A DNA stretch of 20,000 bases from an uncultured virus (IMG/VR IMGVR_UViG_3300049847_000281) (taxonomy: Duplodnaviria; Heunggongvirae; Uroviricota; Caudoviricetes): the IMG/VR virus record IMGVR_UViG_3300049847_000281. One strand, given 5' to 3'. This document shows positions 1-7,933 of the stretch, piece by piece. The notes beneath the pieces were generated by a model. That model did not search any database and was not told the DNA's origin. It saw only the letters and a list, made by a program, of their open reading frames with translations. The translations under genes and the position numbers were made by a program. How positions within the stretch are numbered: position 1 is the stretch's first letter; the number at the start of each line of letters is the position of its first letter.

Positions 1-460
1 TCGCATCATCAGAACCCTCAATAGCTTTCGTTACAAAGGCGTTCATCCATACGAATTTCCCATCGTAAGCGGTAATGAATTCGTTATTGCATATCTCATC
101 CGTCTCAAACGAAACTTCAACAAGAATTAACTCTAACACTTCCGATGTACTGTCCGTCACCGTCACATTCCATGCAGTGCCGTCATAGACGCACGATGCC
201 AGCGTATTTCCGGTGAGTGCCTGCTGAGGCGTAAGCAGCTTCCCCGCCAGCGTAACATTCTCATCGCTAAACTGCGCGACATACAGAATGTTAAAAGCAT
301 ACGAGATTCCTGTAGTGCCAATCGGAACAATGTCAATAGTCAGAGGCGAAGAAAGAGAGCCGCTCCCCGAAACAACATACGTGGCAATGTTCTGCGTAGC
401 ATCAATCGGGATTGTTCCTCCGGCTGTGGTAGCTATTAAATTTAAAACAGGTTGCTTCAT
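1..460 (-). CDS. Putative virion structural protein, partial (runs off the left edge)
   Basis: Not in the ORF track. ATG at 460 overlaps the TGA of the upstream gene (ATGA). The frame is open to the window edge: MKQPVLNLIATTAGGTIPIDATQNIATYVVSGSG...VYDGTAWNVTVTD...; T/V/G-rich, beta-type composition. Confidence 0.75.
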   Translation of the reverse strand, partial: MKQPVLNLIATTAGGTIPIDATQNIATYVVSGSGSLSSPLTIDIVPIGTTGISYAFNILYVAQFSDENVTLAGKLLTPQQALTGNTLASCVYDGTAWNVTVTDSTSEVLELILVEVSFETDEICNNEFITAYDGKFVWMNAFVTKAIEGSDDA

Positions 461-2511
461 GATAGTTTGTAGTTAGCTTGAACGTATAGTCTGCGAGTCG
501 CGATGCCATCATTGCTGTTATGTGGTGGCGCTGCCGTCACCTTCGTATTCGCATACACATCAATCGTGATGGGTTGAGAGAAGTCAACACCTGTGATGTA
601 CATTGTTTGGGCAGATGTAGATGGCGTAGCCCCGACAACTCCGCACACCAAAAGAACGGTGGTAGAGTCATAGCGGTTTATTTTCAGGAACGACTCAATC
701 TTTTCCTGATAGCTTGAAAACGGATGACTCACCACAACCCCGGCAGAGCCTGCGCTGGTGGTAAGAATGATTTTATGAATGTTCATGTTGCCCCACAGCG
801 CATTCGTGTCTGTGTTTTCTGCATCTGCTTCAGCCAGCACCATGTCACCATCAGCGGTCAGCGTATCAGCAGCGATAGCGTAGGTTTTCACCAGCACATC
901 TATACCTGTGGTGTCGCCCGGATTCACCTCTTCACAATCGTTGTTAAGAATTTCGCTGCCCTTTTCCGAGAATCCTGCGTTACCGATAATGTCTACAGAG
1001 AGAAAGAGGTCGTCTTTATCGACAAAGGGCGCAGACGCTTCTATCGTCATCATCTCAATGTCGAATATCGACCAAGCTCCGGCTACGGTTACATGATTTA
1101 TGACTCTCATCTGTACCAGCGCATCCGGGTCACCTTTCTTTCGAATGGTTATCACCGACTTCACCTTAGTAGTTGTCTGTCCGCTCAACAGAAAAAGATA
1201 AGTGAGCACAAAATTATTTGCCGCTGTATTGGAAACAAAAAGTTTTGTTGCAGAGAACAGGTCTGAATTGTTAAACTTCAGATTTTTATTTCCGGGGTCT
1301 GACTGGGTTGTACCGGGAGTGAAAATATAAGGAAAGTAGTCATCCGGCGGATTAGAACCCACATAATTCACCGCATAGTTCTTCGGATTCGAGCCTGTAG
1401 CCACCACCTCTAAGTAATCAGGAGTATCGGTAGATACAGTCGTGTTATACATGCTTGCAAGAAGCGTCTGTATCGCATCGCTTATCTGAACATGGTAAGT
1501 AGTCGTGTCACCTACTACATCGTTGGTAACAGCGATGCTGAGGTCGGGAGAATCCACCACGGTAATGTTGTTGGTGTTCTCCACAGGAGTTACATACGAT
1601 GGCTTGTCGGTCTGTCCGCAGTCGTTGCACTTGCCATCACAGCCAGTCACAGCCATGATGGATGCGAGATACATAGCGGCTTTGGTTTCATCTCCGCATT
1701 GCTTTGCCAGCATATAGAGCTGAATGTCTTTGATTGCCGGAGCAATAGTCGACTCCCACATCTCAATCGCTGCGGTCGTGTTCTTTGCAAGAAGTCTGTT
1801 GTAGGTTTTGTTCAGGTTACCGAGGCAGCACAGTATCTTGCATCCGTCATCATCACACACCACTTCGAATTCCTTTACTCCCGAAACTTCGATGATGGTT
1901 ACATGCCCGTCAGGATAAGTGTAGGTAATGGTGCTGGTGACTTCCGATGTCCACGTTTGAGTATAGATGCCCGTTACGGTGATAGTCGCTCCGCTGGACA
2001 CATAAGGAGAAAGCTCAAGAACAGGAGGCGGGTACACTTTATGCACACGGCTAAGGGTTGTTACATACAGCCCGTAGTCAGTTACGTCTTCGCTGGTGAC
2101 TTGGCTCTTGGCACAATTCACCGTAGCTTCAATTTTTACTTTAGGACAAGGACATTGAAAAAGGTATTCGAAGTCCTGCGCCTGTATTTCGCTTGGTGTT
2201 GTGGTGTCCCAAAATTGCAACTGCACGGTGTATGTGCCTTGTAAAATATCTCCGTTAGAATCTAACGGAAGATAAATAGGAATCTGATTATCGCGTGTGC
2301 TGGCAAGCGGGATGTCATACGTGCCGGGGGTCACGTTATTATACACTACATGTGTGCCGTCTGCCGCCAGCAGTGTAACCTTTAGCTTATCGGCAAGGTC
2401 TGTTAAGTCGGGAACTCCCTGCCCTGCATAGTCGGTGGTGTCGGTAATACGCAGCTGAGGCGGGGTTGCCGTCTCATCGAATACTGCTGTTATGCTAAAA
2501 GTTATAGGCAT
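457..2511 (-). CDS. Putative virion structural / tail-associated protein (684 aa) with Cys-rich segment and fibre-like module
   Basis: Long ORF in the capsid operon; T/V/D-rich. Cys cluster (CDDDGCKILCCL...CGD...GCDGKCNDCG). Segment YIFTPGTTQSDPGNKNLKFNNSDLFSATKLFVS resembles a module I recall from phage fibre proteins. Confidence 0.7.
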   Translation of the reverse strand: MPITFSITAVFDETATPPQLRITDTTDYAGQGVPDLTDLADKLKVTLLAADGTHVVYNNVTPGTYDIPLASTRDNQIPIYLPLDSNGDILQGTYTVQLQFWDTTTPSEIQAQDFEYLFQCPCPKVKIEATVNCAKSQVTSEDVTDYGLYVTTLSRVHKVYPPPVLELSPYVSSGATITVTGIYTQTWTSEVTSTITYTYPDGHVTIIEVSGVKEFEVVCDDDGCKILCCLGNLNKTYNRLLAKNTTAAIEMWESTIAPAIKDIQLYMLAKQCGDETKAAMYLASIMAVTGCDGKCNDCGQTDKPSYVTPVENTNNITVVDSPDLSIAVTNDVVGDTTTYHVQISDAIQTLLASMYNTTVSTDTPDYLEVVATGSNPKNYAVNYVGSNPPDDYFPYIFTPGTTQSDPGNKNLKFNNSDLFSATKLFVSNTAANNFVLTYLFLLSGQTTTKVKSVITIRKKGDPDALVQMRVINHVTVAGAWSIFDIEMMTIEASAPFVDKDDLFLSVDIIGNAGFSEKGSEILNNDCEEVNPGDTTGIDVLVKTYAIAADTLTADGDMVLAEADAENTDTNALWGNMNIHKIILTTSAGSAGVVVSHPFSSYQEKIESFLKINRYDSTTVLLVCGVVGATPSTSAQTMYITGVDFSQPITIDVYANTKVTAAPPHNSNDGIATRRLYVQANYKLS

Positions 2512-2525
2512 CGTGTATAAAGTTT

Positions 2526-2560
2526 AAAAAAAACGGTAACCACTTGCTTGCAGTCACCGT
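2526..2560 (-). terminator. Rho-independent terminator
   Basis: On the - strand: ACGGTGACTGC-AAGCAA-GTGGTTACCGT (11-bp stem with G.U pairs) followed by a U run, just downstream of the 2585 stop. Confidence 0.7.
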
Positions 2561-2584
2561 CTTTTCTCATGAACAAAAAATATC

Positions 2585-3457
2585 TTATGCAGGCTCCTCT
2601 ACAGGCTCCAGCTTCTCTTCTAAGTATTTAAGCCACTCCTTTTTGTCGCTGAGGGTAAGATGGTCTACAAGGAAGTTGAGCGGGTCTTCTCCCTGCTTCA
2701 CGCTAAGGATAGACTCTTTCTCTTCGCTGTCTTCCATACGAAGCCATTGCTTCTTGCCTCCGTGATACTTGATGAGCTTGGCTGCAACAGCCCGGTTCAC
2801 GATGTTCTTCACATGTGTCTTCGGACTCTTCGCCACCTTCAAAAAAAAGCTGGGGTCGAATTCTGCTTTTGCACGAAGAGCTTCTTTTATCTGCTCATCG
2901 TTATAGTTCTTTTCATGTCCTACCAAGTCAGGGTAGTTGCGGAAGATGGTGCGGAGTTCCGGCATCTTCAGCGCGTTACTTGGGTCAAGGATGAGCGAAA
3001 GCGCGTCATAGCGGAGTTGGCTCTTCTTGATGGCAGCAGCGGCTTTTGCAGCTTTGTCTTCAGGATAGAAAATGGATTTCTTGTTGGTGTCCCTGTTCGG
3101 ACTTGTTTCACAAAGCGGATGATTCATCAAAAAATAATTCATCTCCGGGTTGTGGTCTACGATAAGTCTTCCGGGCTGCGGAAACTCTACCTGCGAAGGA
3201 TTCCACTGGTTGTAGCTTAGACCGCCTTCGCTGACTACTCGCGGAGCAGTCTCTACATACCGGATTTCGGTCGTGCGGTTCTCAGTGTCTGTAAGCCTGT
3301 AGTACGGCTCCATAAAAATTCCGTTGGGTTTGCGCACACGCTTGTCTTGCTGGTCGTAGCGCGCATGTCCCGGCATCAGCAGGTACACTTGCTTCTTGCC
3401 ATACTCTTTTAGTTCTTCCTTAGTGAGCTTATAAGGCTCGTTGTCTTTGTAAAGCAT
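2585..3457 (-). CDS. Conserved phage protein directly downstream of the major capsid gene (similar in position and size to the post-MCP gene of crAss-like phages)
   Basis: 290-aa ORF, K/E-rich, with motif YFLMNHPLCETSPNR and a helical C-terminal half; synteny. Confidence 0.65.
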   Translation of the reverse strand: MLYKDNEPYKLTKEELKEYGKKQVYLLMPGHARYDQQDKRVRKPNGIFMEPYYRLTDTENRTTEIRYVETAPRVVSEGGLSYNQWNPSQVEFPQPGRLIVDHNPEMNYFLMNHPLCETSPNRDTNKKSIFYPEDKAAKAAAAIKKSQLRYDALSLILDPSNALKMPELRTIFRNYPDLVGHEKNYNDEQIKEALRAKAEFDPSFFLKVAKSPKTHVKNIVNRAVAAKLIKYHGGKKQWLRMEDSEEKESILSVKQGEDPLNFLVDHLTLSDKKEWLKYLEEKLEPVEEPA

Positions 3458-3489
3458 ATCTCTGTCGGTTTAATTGGTTACTATTTAAT

Positions 3490-3539
3490 CTTCCTCTTTC
3501 TCCCGCCCCTCAGATGAGGAGCGGGAGTAGGGGAGGAAG
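3490..3539 (-). promoter_or_regulatory. Long GC-rich RNA hairpin in the 3' UTR of the capsid gene (stabiliser, processing site or weak terminator)
   Basis: - strand CTTCCTC..CTCCCGCTCCTC-ATCT-GAGGGGCGGGAG..GAGGAAG; the U.G wobble works on the mRNA strand; no U-tract follows. Confidence 0.6.
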
Positions 3540-3561
3540 GAATTAACTCATGGCAGTGAGC

Positions 3562-5007
3562 TTACTGGGGGTCAAGCAATACCATTTGGTTTCCGCCAAC
3601 GTGTTCTGCACCGATGTGCGAACGCAGGCAGAGCTTGTTGACATCCTTGCTGAGAACTTTCATGCCGGGAGCAGCACCTGATAGCGTCCACACTTCCGCT
3701 CTGCGGTTGTAGTTGCCCAGTGCTTTGTAGATGACTCCGAAGTACGGAACGTCCGTATTGCTCTTCAGGTCACGCTTGGTTCCCATTGGAATGAATGCTC
3801 CCAACGATGCTCCGTTGTAGCCGCTTGCTCCGTAGAGGCGCGGGTGAGAGAACACAGGCATGCGGGAGAACCCGAATGTGTAGCCGCTCTTTTCAAGAAC
3901 TCCGAAGCCAACGCTTGCCTCTAAGCCAGCGTCTCCGCCAAACACATTCTGCACCATCTGCTGACGCACATAGTTGATGTTTGTGTTTTGGAAATACGCT
4001 TTCAGCGTGTCGTCAATTTCGGTGTTCAGGTTGATGCCGATAAGACCGCAGATGTATTTCGGAGCAAACTGCTTGTCCAAAATTTTAGCGATGTCGTTCA
4101 GCGTCTGTACCGCGAATGTTCCCGGAGTGTACTGTTTCACGTTTCCGTTAGCAGCCATATAAGGGATGATACCTTCTGTGGTTTTCACTGGCTCAAACGC
4201 AGATGCGTCATAAGACGATGCGTCATAGATGGTAGACAAGGTGAGGTTACCAAAGAGCAGCGCACCGTCAATTTTCAGCTCATGCTCATAGTCCGTGTCC
4301 ATCTGCCCTTTCAGGTAGTAAGCCGGAATGTCGCCTGCTGTTTTGTAGGTGTCGAACCACGTTTGGTTGGTGGCTTGTGTGCCAGTCCATTTGTAGCCTG
4401 TTTTAATAATCTGAACATAAGAGGTGCTCATCTTAGGTTTGTTCACGATACCATCAGGATGTTCGCTTCCTTCAGGGTAAGCATTCGTGATGATGATAAG
4501 CTCCTGCTGGTCTGCCACAGCTGGTAACGCTACCGTTGCGTCCTGCGCAGTGATAGTGATGGTAACAGCGTTTGTGCCAAGTCCTGCGATGTCAGTAACC
4601 ACTCCGGTAACACGGTTAGGGTACATAATAACGTCTTGCAACTGCACAGGGCAGTAGTAGTAGTTAGCTCCGGTAGGAGGTGCCGGAAATCCGAGGAAGT
4701 CATCGTTCGGAGAAATTGCATTCAACACGATAGCCTGCACTTGAGGTGCATCTTGGTTACCTGATGGAGCAACAGCGCTTACCGCACCGTCCGAGTGGAA
4801 GGTTGGATGAATCCAGTCTTCTTCGTAGCTGATGGCTGAGTCCTGTGCAATAGCACGGGAATAGCCCAATGATTCGAGCAAGCGGAATGCGCTTAACCCT
4901 TGGTCGCCCTTAGAGCGAAACAGTTTGTTTCTTACCTCCGGTTTTTCAATGTCGAAAGTAGAGATGATATTGCTGGTCGTTATCCCAGCGGCTGATGTTT
5001 GATTCAT
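3562..5007 (-). CDS. Major capsid protein (HK97-fold expected; crAss-like/Bacteroidota phage type)
   Basis: 481 aa; motifs ISYEEDWIHP, NAYPEGSEHP, YVQIIKTGYKWTGT, IDGALLFG, KTTEGII are typical of this MCP class; lies downstream of a scaffold-like gene. Confidence 0.85.
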   Translation of the reverse strand: MNQTSAAGITTSNIISTFDIEKPEVRNKLFRSKGDQGLSAFRLLESLGYSRAIAQDSAISYEEDWIHPTFHSDGAVSAVAPSGNQDAPQVQAIVLNAISPNDDFLGFPAPPTGANYYYCPVQLQDVIMYPNRVTGVVTDIAGLGTNAVTITITAQDATVALPAVADQQELIIITNAYPEGSEHPDGIVNKPKMSTSYVQIIKTGYKWTGTQATNQTWFDTYKTAGDIPAYYLKGQMDTDYEHELKIDGALLFGNLTLSTIYDASSYDASAFEPVKTTEGIIPYMAANGNVKQYTPGTFAVQTLNDIAKILDKQFAPKYICGLIGINLNTEIDDTLKAYFQNTNINYVRQQMVQNVFGGDAGLEASVGFGVLEKSGYTFGFSRMPVFSHPRLYGASGYNGASLGAFIPMGTKRDLKSNTDVPYFGVIYKALGNYNRRAEVWTLSGAAPGMKVLSKDVNKLCLRSHIGAEHVGGNQMVLLDPQ

Positions 5008-5026
5008 TTGATTGAAGTTTTAGATG

Positions 5027-6121
5027 TTACTTGAAATTTTTGATGCCGTTCTGCTGCGCAATAAATGAAGCTAAGTCCATGTTCTTGTCGGCAGGTGGCG
5101 TGGCTGGCGGAGTCTCCTCTTTTAATCCCGAAGGATGATGAGTGTCTTTCGCCCACTGTTTGTCTACCGCTGCTTTTATAGTACGGTTGATTTCCTTCTG
5201 ATTACGGAAGAAAATTTTACTCAACAAAATCTCTTTCATCTGCTGCAATCCTTCTTGGTCGGGATTAATGCCTACGGCATCAATTACCTGCTGCATTGTT
5301 TCCGTTACTTCGTTGATGGTTTCCTGCGGAACCTCAAAGGTCACCGAGTTTTTTTCATCAAACGGAATCTCAATTTTCTTTAGAGATTCAATGAACGGGG
5401 CAGTCTGAGGTTTCCACGAATCCACACGGGCTTGTCGCTGTGTTTCAAAATTCTGCTGCTCCCTTACAGATTGCGGTATCATCTGTTCGGACTTGTACTG
5501 AGCTAAATACTTCTTAGCTTCTTTGCCATCTAACCGCAGGTCAATACGCGCATCTTTGACATCCGGGTCATCGGCATCTAATTGGTCACTCAACTTGTAC
5601 TTTCGCGCTACTTTGAATTCGGCTTCTTCCTTAGACAGTCCGTGTTCGAAACGATACTTTAACACTAAAGCATCTTTCTCATTCAGCTTGTCTACATCGA
5701 TTCCGGCTACACGCTCATACACCTTCGGGTCACCACCTTTACTCACGTAATCGTTTAGTCCCTTGATGTAATCGTTAGCAAACTTTGGCGCTTGGCTAAG
5801 GTTGGTCTCCAACTCTTTTGCCTTCAGCTCTGCCGCAGAATACTTTCCTGATAGCTCGTCAAGTTCTTTGAGTTTATTCTGAATCTCTTCTGTCGTTTTA
5901 AACTTGCCCCCGAATCGCTCGTTGAGGTAAGTGGCTTCGTCAAAAGAGGTCTCATTCTTTTTTAGCTCTGCTGCGGGAGGTGTTTCTCCTGCTGGCGGAG
6001 GTTCGTTGTTAGCAGGTGGTGTAACCACAGGTGGTTCCACTACTGCCGCTGGCGGTTCGTTTCCTTCTACAACAGGCGTAAATCCTGCTGCCTGAAACGC
6101 TTCTTGTACTCTGTCTGTCAT
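5027..6121 (-). CDS. Putative capsid scaffolding/assembly protein
   Basis: 364 aa; acidic Pro-rich disordered N-terminus, coiled-coil-like body, short C-terminal helix; immediately upstream of MCP. Confidence 0.7.
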   Translation of the reverse strand: MTDRVQEAFQAAGFTPVVEGNEPPAAVVEPPVVTPPANNEPPPAGETPPAAELKKNETSFDEATYLNERFGGKFKTTEEIQNKLKELDELSGKYSAAELKAKELETNLSQAPKFANDYIKGLNDYVSKGGDPKVYERVAGIDVDKLNEKDALVLKYRFEHGLSKEEAEFKVARKYKLSDQLDADDPDVKDARIDLRLDGKEAKKYLAQYKSEQMIPQSVREQQNFETQRQARVDSWKPQTAPFIESLKKIEIPFDEKNSVTFEVPQETINEVTETMQQVIDAVGINPDQEGLQQMKEILLSKIFFRNQKEINRTIKAAVDKQWAKDTHHPSGLKEETPPATPPADKNMDLASFIAQQNGIKNFK

Positions 6122-6149
6122 ATCTCTTGGTTTTTAGTTTTGTCTTTCG

Positions 6150-6223
6150 TAGCGGGAGGCGGACTCGAACCACCGACATCCTGATTATGAGTCAGGTGTT
6201 CTGACCAGCTGAACTACCCCGCG
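6150..6223 (-). tRNA. tRNA with CAU anticodon (Met or Ile2; identity ambiguous), CCA not encoded
   Basis: Cloverleaf: acceptor CGCGGGG/TCCCGCT-A, D arm GTTC..GAAC, anticodon arm CCTGA-CTCATAA-TCAGG, T arm GGTGG-TTCGAGT-CCGCC. Confidence 0.92.
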
Positions 6224-6243
6224 ATATATTGTTGCCCGACCCG

Positions 6244-6744
6244 TTAGTCAGCATAATCGTTTGCTAAATACTTGATGCGGCTTAAAGTCTCGCCTACATT
6301 GTAGGACACTATCACCGCATCCTGAGACTCAGGCTGCTCATAGCGAAGAACAGACTTTATCAGCTCATCAGAAACAGGATAAGCATACACTTCATAGATA
6401 TAGCGTGGATTAAAAATCTTTTGATACGGCTGATGTCCGTCTCCCGGATAAACAGTTAATTCGATGCCTTCATTGTCATTGAAAATGTTGGGAATGTTTA
6501 TTTGGACAGCAACATCCTCGACCGGGTTCTTCGCCTGATAGTATCGCAGGTCGGGAACAGGATTATCGTAGACCTTATACGTTAATCTTGACACTGTATA
6601 TGTTCCCAATGGAACAAACGGAGCTTCTCCATCGGGAATTTCCCTAATAGACAACACTTTTTTAGCACACAACAGCTTTTCAACAGGCGTGCTGTACACG
6701 TCATTATTCTTTGCGTACTCAGTCCATGAAAATAGTTGTCCCAT
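6244..6744 (-). CDS. Hypothetical protein, paralog of 6757..7224; possible auxiliary capsid/decoration protein
   Basis: 166 aa; shares LF(S/T)W, PVEKLL, K(I/V)FNPRYI(Y/H)EV and YE(Q/E)PE(S/A)QDAVI with its neighbour. Confidence 0.75.
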   Translation of the reverse strand: MGQLFSWTEYAKNNDVYSTPVEKLLCAKKVLSIREIPDGEAPFVPLGTYTVSRLTYKVYDNPVPDLRYYQAKNPVEDVAVQINIPNIFNDNEGIELTVYPGDGHQPYQKIFNPRYIYEVYAYPVSDELIKSVLRYEQPESQDAVIVSYNVGETLSRIKYLANDYAD

Positions 6745-6756
6745 TGTCAGAAAAAA

Positions 6757-7224
6757 TTAAGAGTTCGCTGCTGCCTTTATAGCCGCTTGGTCTGAATCAA
6801 CATGATAGGTCGTTATAACAGCATCTTGCGCTTCAGGCTCCTCATACATTAAGTATGCCTGCAACGGATTGTCAATCCAGTCGCCAACCTCATGAATGTA
6901 TCTCGGATTAAAAACCTTGTCATACGCGGCAACTCCGTTATCGGGGATAACACTCAGGATAATCGCTTCAATGTTATTCGTGGTGTTGGGGTCATTCATC
7001 GCAAGCAAAACATCACTTGCGGGGTCTTCTGAATAACGCTGGTCAGGGTTCGCGTCATCGTTTGCTTTGTAGTTCAAAAGCGAATAACTCTCCGTTGCTC
7101 CGGTAAAGTTATCGTTCACTGTTTGCAGAATTACGACTCGTTTCGAGTTCAGTAATTTCTCAACGGGCGCGGTATAAACTGCTCCGTTCTTTTTGATTTC
7201 ATTCCAAGTGAATAGACGTGCCAT
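6757..7224 (-). CDS. Hypothetical protein, first gene of the virion operon; paralog of 6244..6744
   Basis: 155 aa; preceded by an A-rich leader and a TACTTTTG promoter box. Confidence 0.75.
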   Translation of the reverse strand: MARLFTWNEIKKNGAVYTAPVEKLLNSKRVVILQTVNDNFTGATESYSLLNYKANDDANPDQRYSEDPASDVLLAMNDPNTTNNIEAIILSVIPDNGVAAYDKVFNPRYIHEVGDWIDNPLQAYLMYEEPEAQDAVITTYHVDSDQAAIKAAANS

Positions 7225-7242
7225 TTGAGTTTATTTTTTTTT

Positions 7243-7250
7243 CAAAAGTA
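7243..7250 (-). promoter_or_regulatory. Bacteroidota sigma-A type -7 box (TACTTTTG) for the leftward capsid operon
   Basis: Matches TAnnTTTG, about 18 nt upstream of the ATG at 7224; no clear -33 TTTG seen. Confidence 0.55.
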
Positions 7251-7316
7251 GAAGGAAGTTATTAACCGTATACGGGATGAAGTATAAAGTATAATTCAGT
7301 ATCAATGTTTTACGCA

Positions 7317-7382
7317 TACATTTGTACTGTTTATAAAATAGGTTAATACGACAGTACAACTCCGGTTTTCAGCATAGCTTTG
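7317..7382 (+). promoter_or_regulatory. Two candidate -7 boxes (TACATTTG 7317-7324, TAGCTTTG 7375-7382) plus a 9-bp inverted repeat TTGTACTGT/ACAGTACAA (7322-7330, 7351-7359)
   Basis: Consensus matches in the divergent intergenic region upstream of the HTH gene. Confidence 0.5.
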
Positions 7383-7404
7383 AGTCAACAAAAACACTCA
7401 ACTT

Positions 7405-7677
7405 ATGCGCAAAAACCACGACCGGGTTAAAATGTCTGCACGACAGATAAACCAACTTCTCACATCCAACATGGAAATCATTGGCAACAACGTCAGGTTC
7501 TACAGAAAACAAAAATGCTTTTCTCAAAACGAGCTTGCCTACTATGTCTGCTCCTCGCAACACACCATCTCCAACATCGAAACAGTACGCAACTATAACG
7601 TAGAGCTGCTCACGCTTCTCAAGATAGCGGAGGTGTTAGAAATATCTATTCAAAAAATTCTTACTCCGCGAAAATAA
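7405..7677 (+). CDS. XRE/Cro-CI family helix-turn-helix transcriptional regulator
   Basis: IGNNVRFYRKQKCFSQNELAYYVCSSQHTISNIE...LLTLLKIAEVLEISIQKIL is a classic HTH_3 pattern; the true start may be 7432 or 7471. Confidence 0.88.
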   Translation: MRKNHDRVKMSARQINQLLTSNMEIIGNNVRFYRKQKCFSQNELAYYVCSSQHTISNIETVRNYNVELLTLLKIAEVLEISIQKILTPRK

Positions 7678-7678
7678 A

Positions 7679-7933
7679 ATGACACACCGTCTTCCTATCA
7701 TCGGCTTCGGCTGGAAAAAGATAATCAAAGGCTCTCAGGAGTTTATCAACATCTCGGTGAGCAAAGCGGAGATAGACAAGATACCTGTTGATGCACGCGG
7801 CAGCGTCAACCTCACCATCACCAACATCAAAGACCCGAAAGATACACGTACCCATATCGTCTACGAAGACGACCACCCGATAACTAAAAGAGCGAAAGAA
7901 CATGTCTCACAAACTGACAGCGAAGGAATTTGA
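7679..7933 (+). CDS. Small hypothetical phage protein (beta-rich; possibly ssDNA-binding-like)
   Basis: 84 aa, tightly coupled to the flanking genes; GFGWKK...FINISVSK...GSVNLTI...THIVYED resembles small Bacteroidota-phage proteins. Confidence 0.6.
   Translation: MTHRLPIIGFGWKKIIKGSQEFINISVSKAEIDKIPVDARGSVNLTITNIKDPKDTRTHIVYEDDHPITKRAKEHVSQTDSEGI

Noticed and set aside
1..2511. Diversity-generating retroelement targeting the structural genes
   Set aside because: No reverse transcriptase and no TR/VR repeat pair are visible in this window.
288..5750. Numerous + strand ORFs over the virion operon (e.g. 724..1266, 1492..2244, 2660..3220, 3988..4527)
   Set aside because: Antisense shadows of long - strand genes with implausible composition.
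6150..6223. tRNA as a prophage attachment site
   Set aside because: Phage genes lie on both sides, there is no duplicated tRNA 3' end, and no integrase or host genes are in the window.
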